DNA of 63,294 nucleotides, filler included. It is 8 parts of 8 records of this genome, joined end to end, with 100 filler letters (N's around TTAATTAATTAA, not from the genome) between each part and the next. Parts side by side here need not be neighbours in the genome. Positions count along the whole stretch, not along the records: positions 57,902 to 63,294 come from SRR31147125_66939; 7 more parts are not named here. One strand, given 5' to 3'. The notes beneath the pieces were generated by a model. It saw only the letters and a program-made list of their open reading frames with translations. It was not told the origin of the DNA and searched no databases. This document shows positions 63,224 to 63,294 of this stretch, in pieces. Position 1 is the first letter of the stretch. Each line of letters opens with the position of its first letter. Made by a program: the position numbers and the translations under genes.

Positions 63224-63294
63224 ATGATTACTAATGAAGATATAGAGAGAAAAATGAAAGTAAGAAACAAGTTTTTGGGGGCACATGTAAGTGC
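63224..63294 (+). CDS. Start of a small hypothetical protein (truncated by window end)
   Basis: TTGCTA-17-TATCAT promoter (63167-63195), GAGGTG RBS, MITNEDIERKMKVRNKFLGAHVS. Confidence 0.6.
   Translation, partial: MITNEDIERKMKVRNKFLGAHVS

Noticed and set aside
1-63294. CRISPR array, rRNA, tRNA, transposase or integrase
   Set aside because: No regularly spaced repeats or diagnostic motifs found on manual reading; a tool scan would be needed to exclude them fully.

Overview
This window is not one genomic locus. It is eight unrelated contigs joined by seven identical 100-nt linkers (N44-TTAATTAATTAA-N44), so gene neighbourhood means nothing across linkers. Many genes carry single-base frameshifts at homopolymer runs, most likely sequencing errors. 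Taxonomic labels below are inferred from gene content and composition. (1) 1-15940, Desulfobacterales-like: selenocysteine formate dehydrogenase with SECIS, AI-2E transporter, CBS protein, hybrid kinase, REC-TPR regulator, parAB, IspH-UbiA fusion, MshEN-like/FapA protein, yihG, sigma54 activator. (2) 16041-26112, polysaccharide degrader: GDSL esterase, TRAP transporter with DHDPS-family aldolase, GH2-PA14. (3) 26213-32963, Bacteroidota: susC/susD, FabK-like enzyme, M16 peptidases. (4) 33064-38734, Desulfobacterales-like: UbiA/MqnP, CCA-HD enzyme, thpR, purN, trxAB. (5) 38835-44608, Clostridia: obgE, serine hydrolase, cotJABC, NCS2 permease, yhbY. (6) 44709-50907, Desulfobacterales-like: amidohydrolase, decayed TonB and PEP-CTERM genes, ATPase-less ExeA-like protein, Cys-rich PAS sigma54 activator facing a TusA-like gene. 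(7) 51008-57801, Bacteroidota: LarA-like enzyme, kdgK, uxuA, uxuB, LacI regulator. (8) 57902-63294, very AT-rich prophage-like accessory region. Contig 8 holds the best candidates for undescribed systems: an AbrB-like repressor / antisense RNA / leader ORF / AntA antirepressor switch (two of its ORFs are missing from the ORF track), a GNAT plus small-protein cassette bounded by 24-bp near-identical hairpin repeats, and an ApeA-like HEPN nuclease with a structured GC-rich element upstream. No rRNA, tRNA, CRISPR array or transposase was recognised.
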